From contig CM000152.2 of the NCBI GenBank assembly GCA_000004695.1, forward strand, positions 1,088,001 through 1,152,000: a stretch of 64,000 nt of DNA. The letters are read 5' to 3'. Numbering within the stretch: the first letter of the stretch is position 1; every line of letters begins with the position of its first letter. Shown piece by piece: positions 32,346-46,700 of the stretch. The notes beneath the pieces were generated by a model, which was given only the letters and a program-made list of their open reading frames with translations, was not told the origin of the DNA and did no database searches. The stretch comes from Dictyostelium discoideum (taxonomy: Eukaryota). Made by a program: the position numbers and the translations under genes.

Positions 32346-34813
32346 TTAATTCCAGTTAACCTCAGAGATGGTTATGGCTTCGTTTGAAGTTAAATTTCTT
32401 TGAATTGGCTCTAAAGTTTCTAATGGCATTCCCACTGGTGCCAATGGTGGTGGTAAATCTAAACTATTTGAAAGTGGTCTTGAATTAGTGGTGGTATTGT
32501 TATTACTAATTACTCTTTGAGGTTTTTGAGATGGTAGAGGAACCCCTGTATTACTATTTTGAAGATACATTGAAACTCTATTTGATATTGGTTTTGGTGA
32601 ACCTGTAGAAGATCTCAATGGATTTGTTGTTGTAGTTGTTGTTGGAGATGTTGGTGCTGATAGAGAAGATGATAAAATTGTTGGGGTTATATTATTTTGA
32701 GATTTTTCAGGTATAGATGGGGATGATGGTGGTGGTGGTGATGGTAAAGAATTTGAAGAGGATGATATTTTCTTTGGTGGGAGAGATGGTGGTAAAACAC
32801 TATGTCTAGGATTTATATTTGTATTTACACTTGTATTTGAATTTATATTTGTATTTGAATTTGGTGAAGTTGTTGTAATTATTGGTGATGATGATGATGA
32901 TGGTGGTTTAGTTGGTGTAGGTGGTGGAGATGCACTACTAGCAAATGATGATGATGATGATGATGATGATGATTGTGATGATGAGGTGTTTACAGATAAT
33001 GGTGTATTTTTAAACATTACAGATTGTGGTCTAGCTGGTAAGGAAGGGGGTAAAACACTATGTCTAGGGTTTGCTACACCTCCACTACTACCACCACCAC
33101 CACCACCACCACTACTACCACCACTAACACCACAACTATTATTATATAAATTTGAAATTAATTGATTATTAAAAATATTATTAAAATTTGAAATTATAAA
33201 TTCAATTGTTGCATTTGCATTTGTTAAAGATCTAATATCTAAAAGTTTTGGATATAATACATTTGGAGCGACAGTAACGGCTAAATTTGAAGTTGTCATT
33301 TTATTTTGTGAAGATTTTGTAGAGATTTTCCAAAGTAATGAAATTAATGATTTTGCAAGTAAGAAATTTGGTTTTGGTAATTTTTGTAAAACTAAAACTA
33401 TAGCATTTGAAATCTTAATTTTATCACAATCATATTTCTCTTCATTGATTACACAATCCACTAATGAATGGTACAGGTCGAATGTAAACAAAGGTATTGG
33501 CATCTCTCTAAGGAATGCCTTTACAAATGATGATATCAAATGTGCATCATCAATACCATCCAATGTTGTAATATAACCTGCATTAACATTATTCTTTAAA
33601 TCTGTCAATTGTTTTTGGTTTGGTGATACCCTAAAGATACCCTCTTGAGTGATATTCTCCTCTAACAATAGAAACTGTATACTCTTATCAATTATCATTG
33701 GTATATCACTCTTTTCCCTCTCTGTAATAGTCGACAATGCCATACCAAATACTTTAGTATTACCTTTTGGCATTGCAATATAATTATTATGAATATTAAT
33801 TATTGATGATGATGGTGATGGTGATGGTGATGATGATGGTGTTGATGAAGTTGGTTTTGGTGGTGGTGGTGGTGGTAGTGATATAGTTCTTGAGCTATTT
33901 GTTTGTTCAAATTGGACCACTGTTGATCTTAGTTTCTTTTTTTCTAATAATTGTTGTTTATATTTTGACATTGCATGTTTTTGAATTTCGAGATCAGATT
34001 GAACCGATAGACAATGGTCTAGACCTTTTTGAAAGAAATCTTTATAGGATTGAATGGTTGAACTTGCAGATTCGAACGAGTCGAGGTTATGCTTAACTAT
34101 TATATCATCCATAGTTTGTAATGATTCAGAGGCGATATCAGAGAATTGCTGAGTTGCATAATCTAGATCCTCTTCAGCTTCTAAAAGTTTCTCATTATTT
34201 ATATTATTTTGTTTCTTTCTTAATTGTTTAAATTGTTCAGATGCTTCGTCAAATGATAGTCTAGCTTTGTCGAATCTATTCTTTGCCAATTGACCATCCT
34301 TGCAATCTGATTTACCATATTCGTTCAATTGTTGCAACCATTTTTGACTTATCGATTGTTCAAATGTTTGTCTATAATTTTCAATTTCATTAATCATTTC
34401 TCCAACAATTTTAAAAACATTTGATAATGGTTCACATACATTTAATGATGATTCTTCATTATTTATAAATAAATTACTATACAATAAAATTTGTTCTGAT
34501 AACTGTTTATTTTCCTCAATTAATACTTTTTTTTTTTTTTTCAAAATAAAAAAAAAAATGAAAAAATAAAAAAAAAAAATAAGTGTTAATAAATTATCAT
34601 TATTATTATTTTTATTATTATAATATAAATAAAAAAATTACATTGATTTGTTTTTGAATGTTTCGTTAATTTTAAATTTAATGTACGTGTATATCCTTTT
34701 AAATCTTCTAATGATTTTGTTTTATAAATGTAATCTGGAAATTCTGTTAAAGTTTCTTTTTTATTCCCAATTAAATCTTTTACAGAAGAAAAGGTTTGAT
34801 TAAACTTTTTCAT
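32346..34813 (-). CDS. BAR-domain RhoGAP protein, 2 exons (34642..34813, 32346..34525), about 783 aa.
   Basis: Exon 1 reads MKKFNQTFSSVKDLIGNKKETLTEFPDYIYKTKSLEDLKGYTRTLNLKLTKHSKTNQ and ends at CAA T|gtaattttt. The acceptor ..aaaag|TATTAATTGAG joins in phase 1, giving ..KTNQ-LLIEENKQLSEQILLYSNLF.. The coiled-coil/BAR-like region runs to about residue 260. The RhoGAP domain reads ..EGIFRVSPNQKQLTDLKNNVNAGYITTLDGIDDAHLISSFVKAFLREMPIPLFTFDLYHSLV..; the arginine finger is in IFRVS and the region includes LVLQKLPKPNFLLAKSLISLL. The C-terminus is Ser/Pro-rich. Confidence 0.75.
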
Positions 34814-34831
34814 TCTTTTTATTTTAATTTG

Positions 34832-34868
<37 letters not shown>

Positions 34869-34888
34869 AATACAAATAATTTTTTTCA

Positions 34889-34921
<33 letters not shown>

Positions 34922-35518
34922 AACGGATTTTTTTATCCAAAAAAAAAAAAATTAAAATTAAATTAATTTATTTTTATTAATCAAAATAGATTCCGATCTG
35001 GGTGGAAAAAAAAAAAAAAATAAAAAATAAAAAAAAAATCTTAAAAAGTTTATTTTTTTATTTTTTTTATCAAAAATTATTTTATATTCAAAGTTAATAA
35101 TGGACCCACCAAGTACCTACTAAAGTGTAATTATAATATTAAAAGAAAGAAGAATTTGAATATGGTTTTAATTTCTGAATTCAATTAAATGAAGCTTTTC
35201 ATATTAAACCTAATTAATTTAAAAAAATAAATAAATAAATAAATTTCGATCAATGTATAACAAAATATAAATGATTAAAAAAAAATAAATTAATATAAAT
35301 TCATTAAAAATAAATATCTAAACCAAAAAAATCTTCAAACCAATCAAAAAAAAAAAAAAAATTAAAATATCTTTGGTTAATTAAGGAATTTGTTATATAT
35401 TGATTGAAATTTATTGATTACTTTTATTTTTTAAATTTTTTTTTTGAGATTTTAAGCTCTATTTTATGAAAAAAAAAAAAAAAAAAAAATGATGAAAAAA
35501 TTTTGGAAAAAAAGATTA

Positions 35519-38500
35519 TTAAATAATTGTATTAGGATGAACTAAAACACATTTAGTATCAATTGGGAATTTATCTTTGTTAACTCTAATTTGAACTTTC
35601 ATTGTTGTTAATTGAGAAATCTTTTGAATTACGACACCATTTGGGTTATTATTATTATTATTATCCACCAATGATGGCCAATTAATAATATTAATACCAT
35701 TGGTTGCATCATAAGAGTGAGATAAGATTGTACCTTCTTTTTGTAAATCATCAAGATAAACCTTTTGTTCACTACCAAATTGAGGTACAATACAAACGAT
35801 ATAGGAAGCACCTGTATTGAGAGCAACTGCTTCAGTGGTAGTTGGATGATTCTCTAATAAAACACAAAGGAATACTTTATCACTTCTTTCTTGAGCTTTA
35901 CGAGCATTCAATTTCTTTTCATTACAATTTTTACAAATTGCAGTGATTGATTCTGATGATGGTAATTGTTCTGTATGATTTCTATTGTTCTTTTCAACTT
36001 GAATTGATAGATCCAATAGACGATGAACTATTATATCAGCATAACGACGAATTGGTGAAGTGAAATGAGTATAGAAAGGTGCATTCAAAGCATAATGACG
36101 CCAATCTTCTTCTTCTTCATTATTTGAACAGAAATATTCAGCCAATTTCATTGATCTAATTGAGAGTAATTGAATTGCCATAAGTATGTTGATATCGGTA
36201 CAAGTATCTTTTAACTTTTTAATGGATTCACCAAAGGTTAACGAAGAGGATGAATCAATTTCAAATCCATGTTTTGAACAGAAACTAATGAATGATTCCA
36301 ACTTGTTTTCATTTGGTGATGGATGTCTACGAAGTAAAGAATTGGATGGGAAGAATTTACCAATACGTTCGGCAACTCTCATATTTGCCAATAACATATA
36401 CTCTTCTACTAAATTATTACTTTCATAGATTGGATAGATTTTAGTTGAAACTGGATTACCTTTATCATCCAATGCAAATGCTAACTTACTTGGATGAATT
36501 GTAAAGGCACCATTGGCAATTCTATTGGATCTCATATGTTTTGCAATGGATCTTAAACCTAGTACACCCTTTTTTACACGTGCAATATGTTGAGCAGTAT
36601 TTGGACCTAAATCCTTTCTCATCTTATCTGCAGGTATCCAATCTTCCCAAGCGTTGGTAATCTTGTCATCGATCAATGCTTGAGCGATAGCATAGGTTAA
36701 ACGAGAGAATGATTTTATAACTGAACGACCAAACCATTCATCCAATATTTCACCGGTTGGTGATAACTTCCAAATGACAGAGAATGCCAAACGTTCAACA
36801 CCCATATTAAGAGAGCACAATTCTTCCGATAACAATGATGGCAACATTGGTATTGCTTTTTGAACCAAATAAACGGTGGTGGCTTTACGTTGAGCACATT
36901 TATCCAATGCGGTATCAGGTTTTACAAAATGTGAAACGTCAGCAATATGAACACCAACTTCGAAATTACCATCTTCCAATTCTATACAATGTAATGCATC
37001 ATCCAAATCTTTGGCAGTATCAGGATCAATGGTACAGATTTCTAAATTTCTTAAATCTCTTCTACCCTTTAGATCTTGTTCACTTGGTAACCAAAGTTTT
37101 GATTGATCAATCTTTGGTAAACATTCCATGACTTCCTTTGAAAATGGATCGGTTTCAACACCAAATTCACTTAACAATGCATAGGTTTCCGGTTCAATTT
37201 TACCACATTCACCAAACAATGATTTATAATGACCTATTGGCAATAGCGATGTTTCTTTCCAACCTGAATATCCAACTGATACCAATGATTTCTTATATTT
37301 CTCTGGATTGGATTTATATTGTGGTATTGATTCTTTAAAAATACAACATTTTGGTAATGTTGTATCCATTGGTATAAAGTTTGTAAATATTGAATTTACA
37401 TTTTCATCAACCATAATACCAACATGATTCTTATTATGTTTTTCTTCAACAATATAAACAACTCTAACTGATACATATTGTTTATTTTCAAATGCTTTTA
37501 AAGTTAATTTTTCAATTTTTTCTAATTTTTGAATTAAATTTGAATGGTCATTATTATTATTGTTGTTGTTGTTCTTTTTTGATGGTTTAACAGATGATAC
37601 TTTTGGACTATTTTCAATCTTTACAAATCCTTCATCACTATCATCCTCTTCATCATCAGTGATAGTTGTAGTAGATGTAGTGGTAGTAGTAGTTGTTGTT
37701 TTAATATTATTATAATCATTTTCTTCAGAATCAATTTCAATTTCTTTACTTTCAGACATTTGTTCTTTTAATAATTTATTTTCAATTTCCATTTTCTTTG
37801 ATAAATCTAGACTATCTAATAAAACAACAGTACCTTCATCACCTTCATTAACAGATGTTGATACATCCTTTAATATTGCACCAATTGTAACTTCATCATC
37901 TTCATCCTCTTCATTTACAATCTCTTCACCACCAATGGATGTGGTATCGTTGTTGTTATTATTATTATTATTGGTTGCTTCAGTAGTTTCATCTTCATCT
38001 TCATCTTTTTTTGGTCTCTTTTTCCACTCCTTTTCATCAAGTATTTCAAATGCAACAACATCATTATTGAATGATCTATTTCTATATTTTAAGCCATCAC
38101 AAAATACATCATGACTACATCCTTCAACGGTGATATAGGCATCATGATATTTCTTTGGATTCACTCTAAGTGTACCAAAGAAATATTTACCTTCGGCTAA
38201 ACCTTTTTCTAAATCTTCTTTTTCAACATATTGTTTATAGAATAATCTTGTTCTTTTCTTCCTTTTACCTTCATTATTATTTTTATTACCACCATCTTCT
38301 TTATCTGATTTTGATGATTTTCTCTTATCTTTCTTTTCAGCGTTATTATTATTATTATTAGCCTTTTCTTTTTTATCACCTCTTTTCTTTTTATCACCTT
38401 TTTCATTTTTATCAACTTTTTCATTTTTATCAACTTTATCTTTTTTATCAGATTTTACCTTTTTATCAACTTTGATTTTTTTATCAACTTGGTTTTCTTT

Positions 38501-39431
38501 ATTGGTTTCATTAGAGTTGGTTGATGGTGTGGTGGCAGGTTTTGATTTTGATTTTGATTTTGATTTCTTATTTGTTGGTGCAGATGTGGATGTTGCAGTT
38601 GGTGTGGTTGTGGTTGTAGTTGTTGTGGTTGTTGTGGTGGTTGCAGTTGGTGTTGAACTATTTTGTGATTCAGTTTGAGGAGTATCTGTGATTGGTGTTG
38701 TAACAGTGGTGGATGATTTGGATTTTCTGTTATTTTTTGGTTTTTTTGCTTCTGTGGAGTTAGCAGTAGTGGCTGTGTTTGTGGTAGAATTGTCGTTTGT
38801 GCTATTTACATTATCAGTTGGAGGGGTTGGTTTTGAAGGTTTTGATTTCTTTTTTTTGGTTCTTGCTGATTTCACATCTGATGTGGTAGCAGTGGTAGTT
38901 GGTTCTAAATTTGGGTCTGATGATGTTGGTGTGACATCTTTATCATCCGTATTTTTATTATTTAAACTTAAATTTGAAAATTCTGATAATAATGATGATG
39001 ATGGCGATGCATCTGGTACTTTTGGTTTCTTTTCTTTTTTAACTCTATCTTTCTTTGGTTTTGGTGCTGGTTTTAGTGATTGTTGTGTTGGTGTATCTGA
39101 TGAAGAATCAGTGGCGGTAGTGGCGGTTGCTGTTGTTGAGGTGGTGGTAGTGGTGGTGGTAGTTGCAGCTGATGTATTTATAGTAGCATCTGTTGTTGTT
39201 GCTGTCTTTTTTGGTACCCACTGTACAACTGGTGTAACCTCATATTCTACATCTTTATATAATATTTTTTTAGTTTTTGTAGATAAATCAGTTGACTTTT
39301 TCTTTTTAGGAACAGTTGGATTATCAGTGTGAGGTGTTGTTGTTGTGGTTGTTGTTGTTGTTTGATTATTATTATTATTATTATTATTATCTGTCATTTT
39401 AACTTTTGGCTTTTTGGCTTTTTTTGGTTTA

Positions 39432-39511
<80 letters not shown>

Positions 39512-39550
39512 GTCGCCAGTATTTAAAACAATTTCAGTGGAGTCTTCCAT
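35519..39550 (-). CDS. RNase II/R-family 3'-5' exoribonuclease, Dis3L2-like (CSD-CSD-RNB-S1; no PIN domain), 1343 aa.
   Basis: A low-complexity N-terminus (N/T/K-rich) of about 450 aa is followed by cold-shock-like domains (YVEKEDLEKGLAEGKYFFGTLRVNPKKYHDAYITVEG..). The RNB catalytic core reads RRDLRNLEICTIDPDTAKDLDDALHCIELEDGNFEVGVHIADVSHFVKPDTALDKCAQRKATTVYLVQKAIPMLP.. The C-terminal region is S1-like. Confidence 0.85.
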
Positions 39551-40109
39551 TTTTTTTTTTTTTTTAGTTTTTAGAGAAAAAAAAAAGAAATCCCAACTAT
39601 TTCTTAATAATTAGAATGAAAAATATATATTGGTAAAAAAATAGGAAATATAGGTTGAAAAATATAAAAAATAAATTAAAAAAAAAAATAAAAAAAGATT
39701 ACAAAATTAAAAAAATAAATTACAAAAAAAATAAAATAAAAAAAAAAATAAAAATGAAAATTTAAAAAATAAAATACAAAAAAAATAAATTAAAAAAAAA
39801 AAAAAAAATAAAATTTTCTTGGTCGTATTTTAATATTTTTTTAATAATTATTATTATTTTTTTTTATTGTAATGGATATACATGGCAAAAAAATGATTTT
39901 AACCATATTTATACATTCAACCAAATATTAAACTGAAAATCTAATAATCATTTTAATAAAAAAAAATAAAAAAAAATAAATTTAATTTTTTTATTTTTTT
40001 TTTTTTTTCGCTCTGAGATCACCCCTTTTTTTTTTTTATTTTTTTTATTTTTTTTATTTTTGGGGTACTAAGACATATGCGACTTGGAATTTAATTCTCA
40101 AAAAAAAAC

Positions 40110-42593
40110 ATGAAAATAAAAGAAATTAATGACGAAATAGATAATCAATATAATAATATTTTAAAAGAAGTTGAAACTATAACTACAACAACAGCAACAG
40201 CAACAGCAATAACAGAAGAAGATGATTATACAAAATATATATACTCAAATATATTCAAACATTTAAATAAAGGTGAAATGGATCAATGTATAGAGTTAAT
40301 TGAAAAAGATCATTCATTAGTATTTTCAACTGAAGATCATTATGGAATGACAATACTTCATTTAGCATCACAAAAAAAGATGAGAAGATTAGTTAAAAGA
40401 ATTTTAGACATTGTTTCAGATGATGACTTACTCTCAACAAGATTTAATATTGATACAGTTGATTTAAATAATAATACAGCATTACATTATGCATGTACTT
40501 CATCAATTAATGATATTACAACATTAACTCAACAACAACAACAACAACAGCAACAACAACAATCTGTTAATCAAATTACAAATAATAATAGTAGTGATAT
40601 TAATAGTTTTATGTATTTAAAAGAAAAGAAATCAAATAGATTTTCAATTGTAAAATTATTATTGGAAAGAGGTGCATCATCATCGATTTCAAATAAAATG
40701 AATTTGTTACCAATTCATTTAGCATGTAAAGAAGTTGATTTTAAAATTGTTGAATTATTAATAGAGAATCATAATGACTATTCAGTGAATATGATGGAAC
40801 CACAAGCTAAAGTATTAGATTCAATTAATTTTTCATTATTATTTCAATCACTTCAAACTAGTTCTGATAAATTCTTAACAAATCATGAAAAAGAAAGAAA
40901 TGAAAAGAAAAAAGAAATAATCCTAAGTAAAATCGATCCAAATTTAAAATGTATTAAAAATGGTCCAAATTGTTTACATTATTCATTATCAAATTTAAAA
41001 AGAATTAAAGAAGTTACATTATCATTATTTTTATCTTTTACCAATAATTCTTCATCTTCACCACCACCACCACCAACCTCCTCCTCTTCTTCTTCTTCTT
41101 CTTCTTCTGATTCAACATCACCACAAATTAGTCAAGATTTATCAATGTTAGAAAGAAATCATCCATTAATTAAATTGATTAAATTATTATTACAAAAATC
41201 ATGTAAACCGAATCATATTGATGAAACTACAGGCAAATCACCATTTCATCAATTAATTGATATTTTCCCAACTGAAGAGAATGATTTAATTGAATTTTTT
41301 AAAATTGATGATCAACAAGTTCAACAAATTTTACAACAACAACCCCAACAACAACCACAACAACAAAGACAAAATAATAATAATAATAGTAATTTTATAA
41401 TTGAAAATCATCATAAAGAAGAATTTAAAAATATGATTTCGAATTTAATTTATTCAATTACAAGATTATTTCAACAATATAAATATGATTTCACATTATC
41501 AAGTAGAAAATCAATAATGGAAAGTGATAAAGATATTGAAGAAACTCCATTAGGTCAATGTTGTATTTATCCAACTAAAAAATTTATATTAGAACAAATT
41601 TTAAATTTTTTTAAAAATCATAATAATAATAATAATAATAATAATGAAAAAATTATAAATTCAATTAATTCACATGGTCAACCAGCATTATTTATAGCAT
41701 GTTCATATGGTAATGTTGAATGTGTCGATTTATTATTAGAGAATGGTGCAGATCCAAATATTAAAGATAAATATGGTTCAACTATGCTTCATGAATCATT
41801 AAATTTTAAACATTATGAAATCGTAAAGAAATTAGTATTATGTGGTGCAAATGTTAATGAGAAAATGTCAGTATTCCCTCAATCAACACCATTACATATT
41901 GCAGCTTCTCAATTATCATTTGAAATGTGTCATTTCTTTGTTGAACATGGTGCATTATTAAATGTTTTTGATTCTGAAAAACAAACTCCAAAAGATATAA
42001 TATTACAACTACAACAACAACAATTATTAAATGATAAAGAAGATGAAAATTATCAAGAATTAAAAGATTTCTTTGAATTTCATATTCAAATTAATTTAAT
42101 TGAAATTTCAAGTTTTGTAGTTTTTAAAGGTGATTATAAGAAAAAGATTAGAGAATTTATTCATTCAAAAGAGAGAAATTCAAAGATTGTTGATAAATAT
42201 ATGAATCAAATTTTTAATGGTGGTGGTGCTGATGATGAAGAGAAACTTGATCAATTGGTTTCAAATAGTGATCAAATTAATATACCTTTAAAAGAAATTA
42301 AATCTTCAACTAAAAGAATTAAAATTAAATCTTCAAACGATACTTTATTTAAATATGTTAATTTATATAATCAAACTTTTAATCATCTATTACATATAAT
42401 TCAAAATAGATTTAAACCTTCTACAACAACTACAACCACAACCACTTCCTCAAATGAAATTACAATTGAACAATTTGAAAAGAATTTTATTAAATCAATT
42501 ACATTATTACCAAATGTTTCTTTAAATTCAAAAGATGATCAAAATTTAGATTTTTTAAGAGACGACGATGAAATTGTTGTGGAATTTTATTAA
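40110..42593 (+). CDS. Ankyrin-repeat protein, 827 aa.
   Basis: There are multiple ANK repeats: HYGMTILHLASQKKMRRLVKRIL, NNNTALHYACTSS, LLERGASSSISNKMNLLPIHLACKEVDFKIVELLIENH, and INSHGQPALFIACSYGNVECVDLLLENGADPNIKDKYGSTMLHESLNFKHYEIVKKLVLCGANVN..TPLHIAASQLSFEMCHFFVEHGALLN. The promoter region is divergent with the Dis3L2-like gene. Confidence 0.75.
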   Translation: MKIKEINDEIDNQYNNILKEVETITTTTATATAITEEDDYTKYIYSNIFKHLNKGEMDQCIELIEKDHSLVFSTEDHYGMTILHLASQKKMRRLVKRILDIVSDDDLLSTRFNIDTVDLNNNTALHYACTSSINDITTLTQQQQQQQQQQQSVNQITNNNSSDINSFMYLKEKKSNRFSIVKLLLERGASSSISNKMNLLPIHLACKEVDFKIVELLIENHNDYSVNMMEPQAKVLDSINFSLLFQSLQTSSDKFLTNHEKERNEKKKEIILSKIDPNLKCIKNGPNCLHYSLSNLKRIKEVTLSLFLSFTNNSSSSPPPPPTSSSSSSSSSSDSTSPQISQDLSMLERNHPLIKLIKLLLQKSCKPNHIDETTGKSPFHQLIDIFPTEENDLIEFFKIDDQQVQQILQQQPQQQPQQQRQNNNNNSNFIIENHHKEEFKNMISNLIYSITRLFQQYKYDFTLSSRKSIMESDKDIEETPLGQCCIYPTKKFILEQILNFFKNHNNNNNNNNEKIINSINSHGQPALFIACSYGNVECVDLLLENGADPNIKDKYGSTMLHESLNFKHYEIVKKLVLCGANVNEKMSVFPQSTPLHIAASQLSFEMCHFFVEHGALLNVFDSEKQTPKDIILQLQQQQLLNDKEDENYQELKDFFEFHIQINLIEISSFVVFKGDYKKKIREFIHSKERNSKIVDKYMNQIFNGGGADDEEKLDQLVSNSDQINIPLKEIKSSTKRIKIKSSNDTLFKYVNLYNQTFNHLLHIIQNRFKPSTTTTTTTTSSNEITIEQFEKNFIKSITLLPNVSLNSKDDQNLDFLRDDDEIVVEFY

Positions 42594-42753
42594 AATTTAA
42601 TAAAATAAAATAATAGTAATTATAATAATAAAAAAAAAAAAAAAAAACTTATAATTTGTATTTATTTATTTATTTTTTTTTTTTTTTGTCAAAATTTAAA
42701 AATAATCTAAAAATAAAATTTATTTTTAGATTTTTTTAATTCTTAACTAAAAA

Positions 42754-42789
<36 letters not shown>

Positions 42790-43151
42790 ATAATAAGAAC
42801 TAAAATTAATTTTATATTATTTTATTTTTATTTTTATTTTTTTTTTTTAAATTATTTCTAAAATTCAAAAAACAATTCCCATTATTTTCTCAATAATTTT
42901 CTTTCTTTTTTAACATTTCCAATTTTAAATTTTTATATAAAAAATGTTTTTAATATATTTTTTTTTTTTTTCATAATAATTGTTTATTAAAAAAAACATT
43001 AAAAATTAAGAAAATAAAAAAAAAAACCTCAATTTAGATATCCCCAGACCAGATTTAACAAAAACACATTCAAAAAATTAATTTTTTTTTTAAAATCAAA
43101 ATAAAAAAAAAAAAAAATTAAAAAAAATTAAAAAAAAATAAAATAAAATTT

Positions 43152-43501
43152 ATGCATGAAAATGGACTCCTAAATAATAATATCAACAATAATTTTTTTT
43201 TTCCAACACACTTCACAAACGCAAAAAAAGATTATAATCCCCTCAAATTTTACGAAAACATTCAAAGTAATATTAATGAGGAGAATATAGCTTTTGATAC
43301 ATATACTACAAAAATGGATCAATTAGCTCACTTAAAAATTTCATCATCTGGTGGTGGAGATGATGAAATAAATAAAAACAACAATAATAAACAAAAACCA
43401 ACCACCACCACCACCACAACTACAACAACTACTACCACTTCATCAACACCAAAAACAACACCATCCAGAGATAATAATAGAAATAATAATAGAAATAATA
43501 G

Positions 43502-43542
<41 letters not shown>

Positions 43543-43639
43543 CTAATAATAGAAACAACAACAACAACAACAACAACAACACTAATAATAATAATAATAA
43601 TAACAATAATAATAATAATAATAAATTTAATAATAATAG

Positions 43640-43711
<72 letters not shown>

Positions 43712-46700
43712 TAGATTTAATAATAATAACAATAATAATAGATTTAATAATAATAGAGTTAATATTGAAGAATGGAAAAATGATAAAGTAATAGAATGGT
43801 TAGAAAAGAATGAATTTAATCAATATGTTGAAAAGTTTAAAGAAGAACAAATTGATGGTAATACACTAATAGAATTTAGTTCAATGAATCAAAGTGATAA
43901 AATATTTGAAAGACTTGGTTTCATTCATATAGGTCCAAAAATTAATTTTCAAAGAAAATTAAAAGAATTGGTTTTATCTTCACAACCACAAAAACAACAA
44001 CAACGTCAATCAAATAATAATCAAAATAATAATAATCAAAATAATAAACATATTGTTGATTATAGTGATGCAATTCATCATATTAATAATAAACAAGATA
44101 AAGATAATAAAAAGAAATCAGAATTTGAACCATTTAAAACTGCTCATGAAATGGAGAATTATTTAAAAAAGAAAATCGTTCAAGCAGATTCTGATGAAGA
44201 TATTGTTGAATTATTAAATCATCAAATTATTAATCTTAAAGATATCATTGGTAGAGATTTCTTACAATTCTCTGTACAAGATTTACTGGTGAGAATTTAT
44301 ACACATGAAAAATTTCAAGGTGGAATTTTGGAACAGTTTTTCAATAAATTAATTTTCGAATTAATATCATCTAAATTCTTTTCATCAATTTATAACTTTC
44401 CACAGTACATTCAAGAGATTGGTAGTTTGCCACAATTTAAAGCATCGATTGATTTAATGGATTTGGTCTCCTCTAAATTCAATGATAGTATTACAATTTT
44501 ACCAGTTGAATTGTTTGAAATTAGATTCAATGAATTGAATGCTGACACCAATCAAAGTAGACTATCCAATCAAACACTTAAAACAGTTGAACATATTAAA
44601 GGTTTAATTAAAGTTTTAAAACAAAAGAAACAATTATCAAAACTTAATACAATTCAACAATTAACACAACCAATTTTCAATATTGATGAAATTAGTTATA
44701 AGAATTTACCAATAGCACCAACTCGTGATGAAATTCATTCAAAGGTATTACCAAAATTAAAACCACTTAAAATTGGTACCTATTCATCATCTGAAGAATA
44801 TATTGATACACAATTTAATCTATTAAGAGAAGATATGATTCATCCGATTAGAGAAGCTTTAACACTTATTCAAAATGGTTCTTCATCACCTTATTATTAT
44901 ACTGATGTAATTTTTAAAGGTAAAATATAATTATATATTTAATTAAATGATTATACTTTTAAATAAATATATTAATTTTTTTTTTTTTTATATATTTTTA
45001 TAATAGGATTTACAAAAACTCAAACATCATTAAGTTTTTTAATTGAATTTAAATATAGAAGTAAAATTAAATGGGAGAAATTTTCAAAATTATTAAATGG
45101 ATCATTGTTAGTATTATCATGTGATAATTTTACAAATATTTTAGTTGCAACCGTTGAAAAAAGACCAGATAGAGGTGAAGAAAAACAAATTTCAATTTCA
45201 TTTTATGGTGATAATCAAGAGAATCAAATGGATTTAATGTATTTATTTGAAAATTCATTCTCAATGATTGAATCACCAACTTATTTCGAATCTGTAAAGA
45301 ATGTATTATCATCATTACAAAGAATTAATTCCGATGATTTACCATTTCAATCATATCTTTTGAAATGTTCAGGTCAAGAGATTATTCCAAAGTATTTCCA
45401 AGATCATCCAGTTATTAATTTACAAACTACATTTGATAATACTGAACGTATCAATATTAGAACATCGGAATTTCCAGAGAGATTGGGTACATTGGATCCA
45501 AGTCAAATCGAAGCATTTGAACATTGTTTGAAATCAGAGTTATCTTTAGTTCAAGGTCCACCAGGTACTGGTAAATCTTATATTGGTGTGAAATTATTCG
45601 AAGTGATTCATAGACATTTAAAAGAGAATTCAGCAAAGAATGCTCCAATATTGGTTTTATGTTATACCAACCATGCCTTGGATCAATTTTTGGATCATAT
45701 CATTACAAACGTTACAAAGAAAGTAATTAGAGTCGGTTCAAGATCTCGTGATGAAAGAATGAAAGATTATAATATTCGTAATTTCATTCGTGCTGAAAAA
45801 AGACAGTTTGAATACTATAGACAAAGAGATGATGTAGTTGCAATACTTAAAGAGTATTTAGATACTTTTTCAAATGAATTATCATATGAAGATTTTTTAA
45901 AATTTGCTGGAAATGATTATAATAAAGGTCAAGATGATGATGATGGCGATGATGATGATGATGATGATGATGACAATGGTGGTGATATAAAATGCTCAAA
46001 TATGAATTTTAATAGATGGGGTCAATGGATAAAATCAATAAAGAAAAAGATTAAAGAAGATTTAACTTTATTAAAAGTACCGAAATCATTAAAACCTTCA
46101 ATTAATGAAATTGAAAATGAAGATGACGAAGATGATGAAGATTTAGTTGAAACCTTATTAAATGAAAGAAGATTTGATTATGGTAATATTTCAGGTGGTA
46201 GTGGTATTACTGCTCATGATATTTCAGAATATGATATTCAAAGTATTGTTACAATGACAAGATTAGAGAAAAGAGATTATAAAGATATTCAAGACATTTT
46301 CGATATTAAAGAAAATGATAGAATTTATTATTATCGTTATCTTTTAAATAAAAAGATTAGACATTCATTGAAAACCATTCAAGATTATGCAAAGCAATAT
46401 AAAGAGCTATCTGATACAATCTTGGATTATGAAAATAAAGCCTACATTAGAGCATTATCATCAGTTAATGTTGTTGCTGCTACAATTACAGGTGCATCTC
46501 GTTTGAAGAGAGTTTTCGATTCAATCAATTCAAAATGTGTAATCATTGAAGAGGCAGCTGAAGTATTGGAAGGTCATATAGTTTCAGTATTACCAAAAAC
46601 TATTGAGCATTTAGTATTGATAGGTGATCATGAACAATTGAAACCATCATGTGCAGTCTATCAATTGGCAGAGAAATTCCAATTGAATGTTTCATTATTT

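Noticed and set aside
34544-34546. Start of the RhoGAP at the track Met 34544 (MKKKKKVLIEE..)
   Set aside because: A good gtaatt..ag intron joins an upstream 57-codon exon (MKKFNQTF..) in frame. The oligo-Lys start is the poly-A acceptor region read as codons.
36186-39614. Plus-strand ORFs inside the Dis3L2-like gene (36186.., 36835.., 37138.., 38472.., 38688.., 39329.., 39414..)
   Set aside because: They are antisense to a well-supported 1343-aa ORF and show low complexity (poly-V/I/L).
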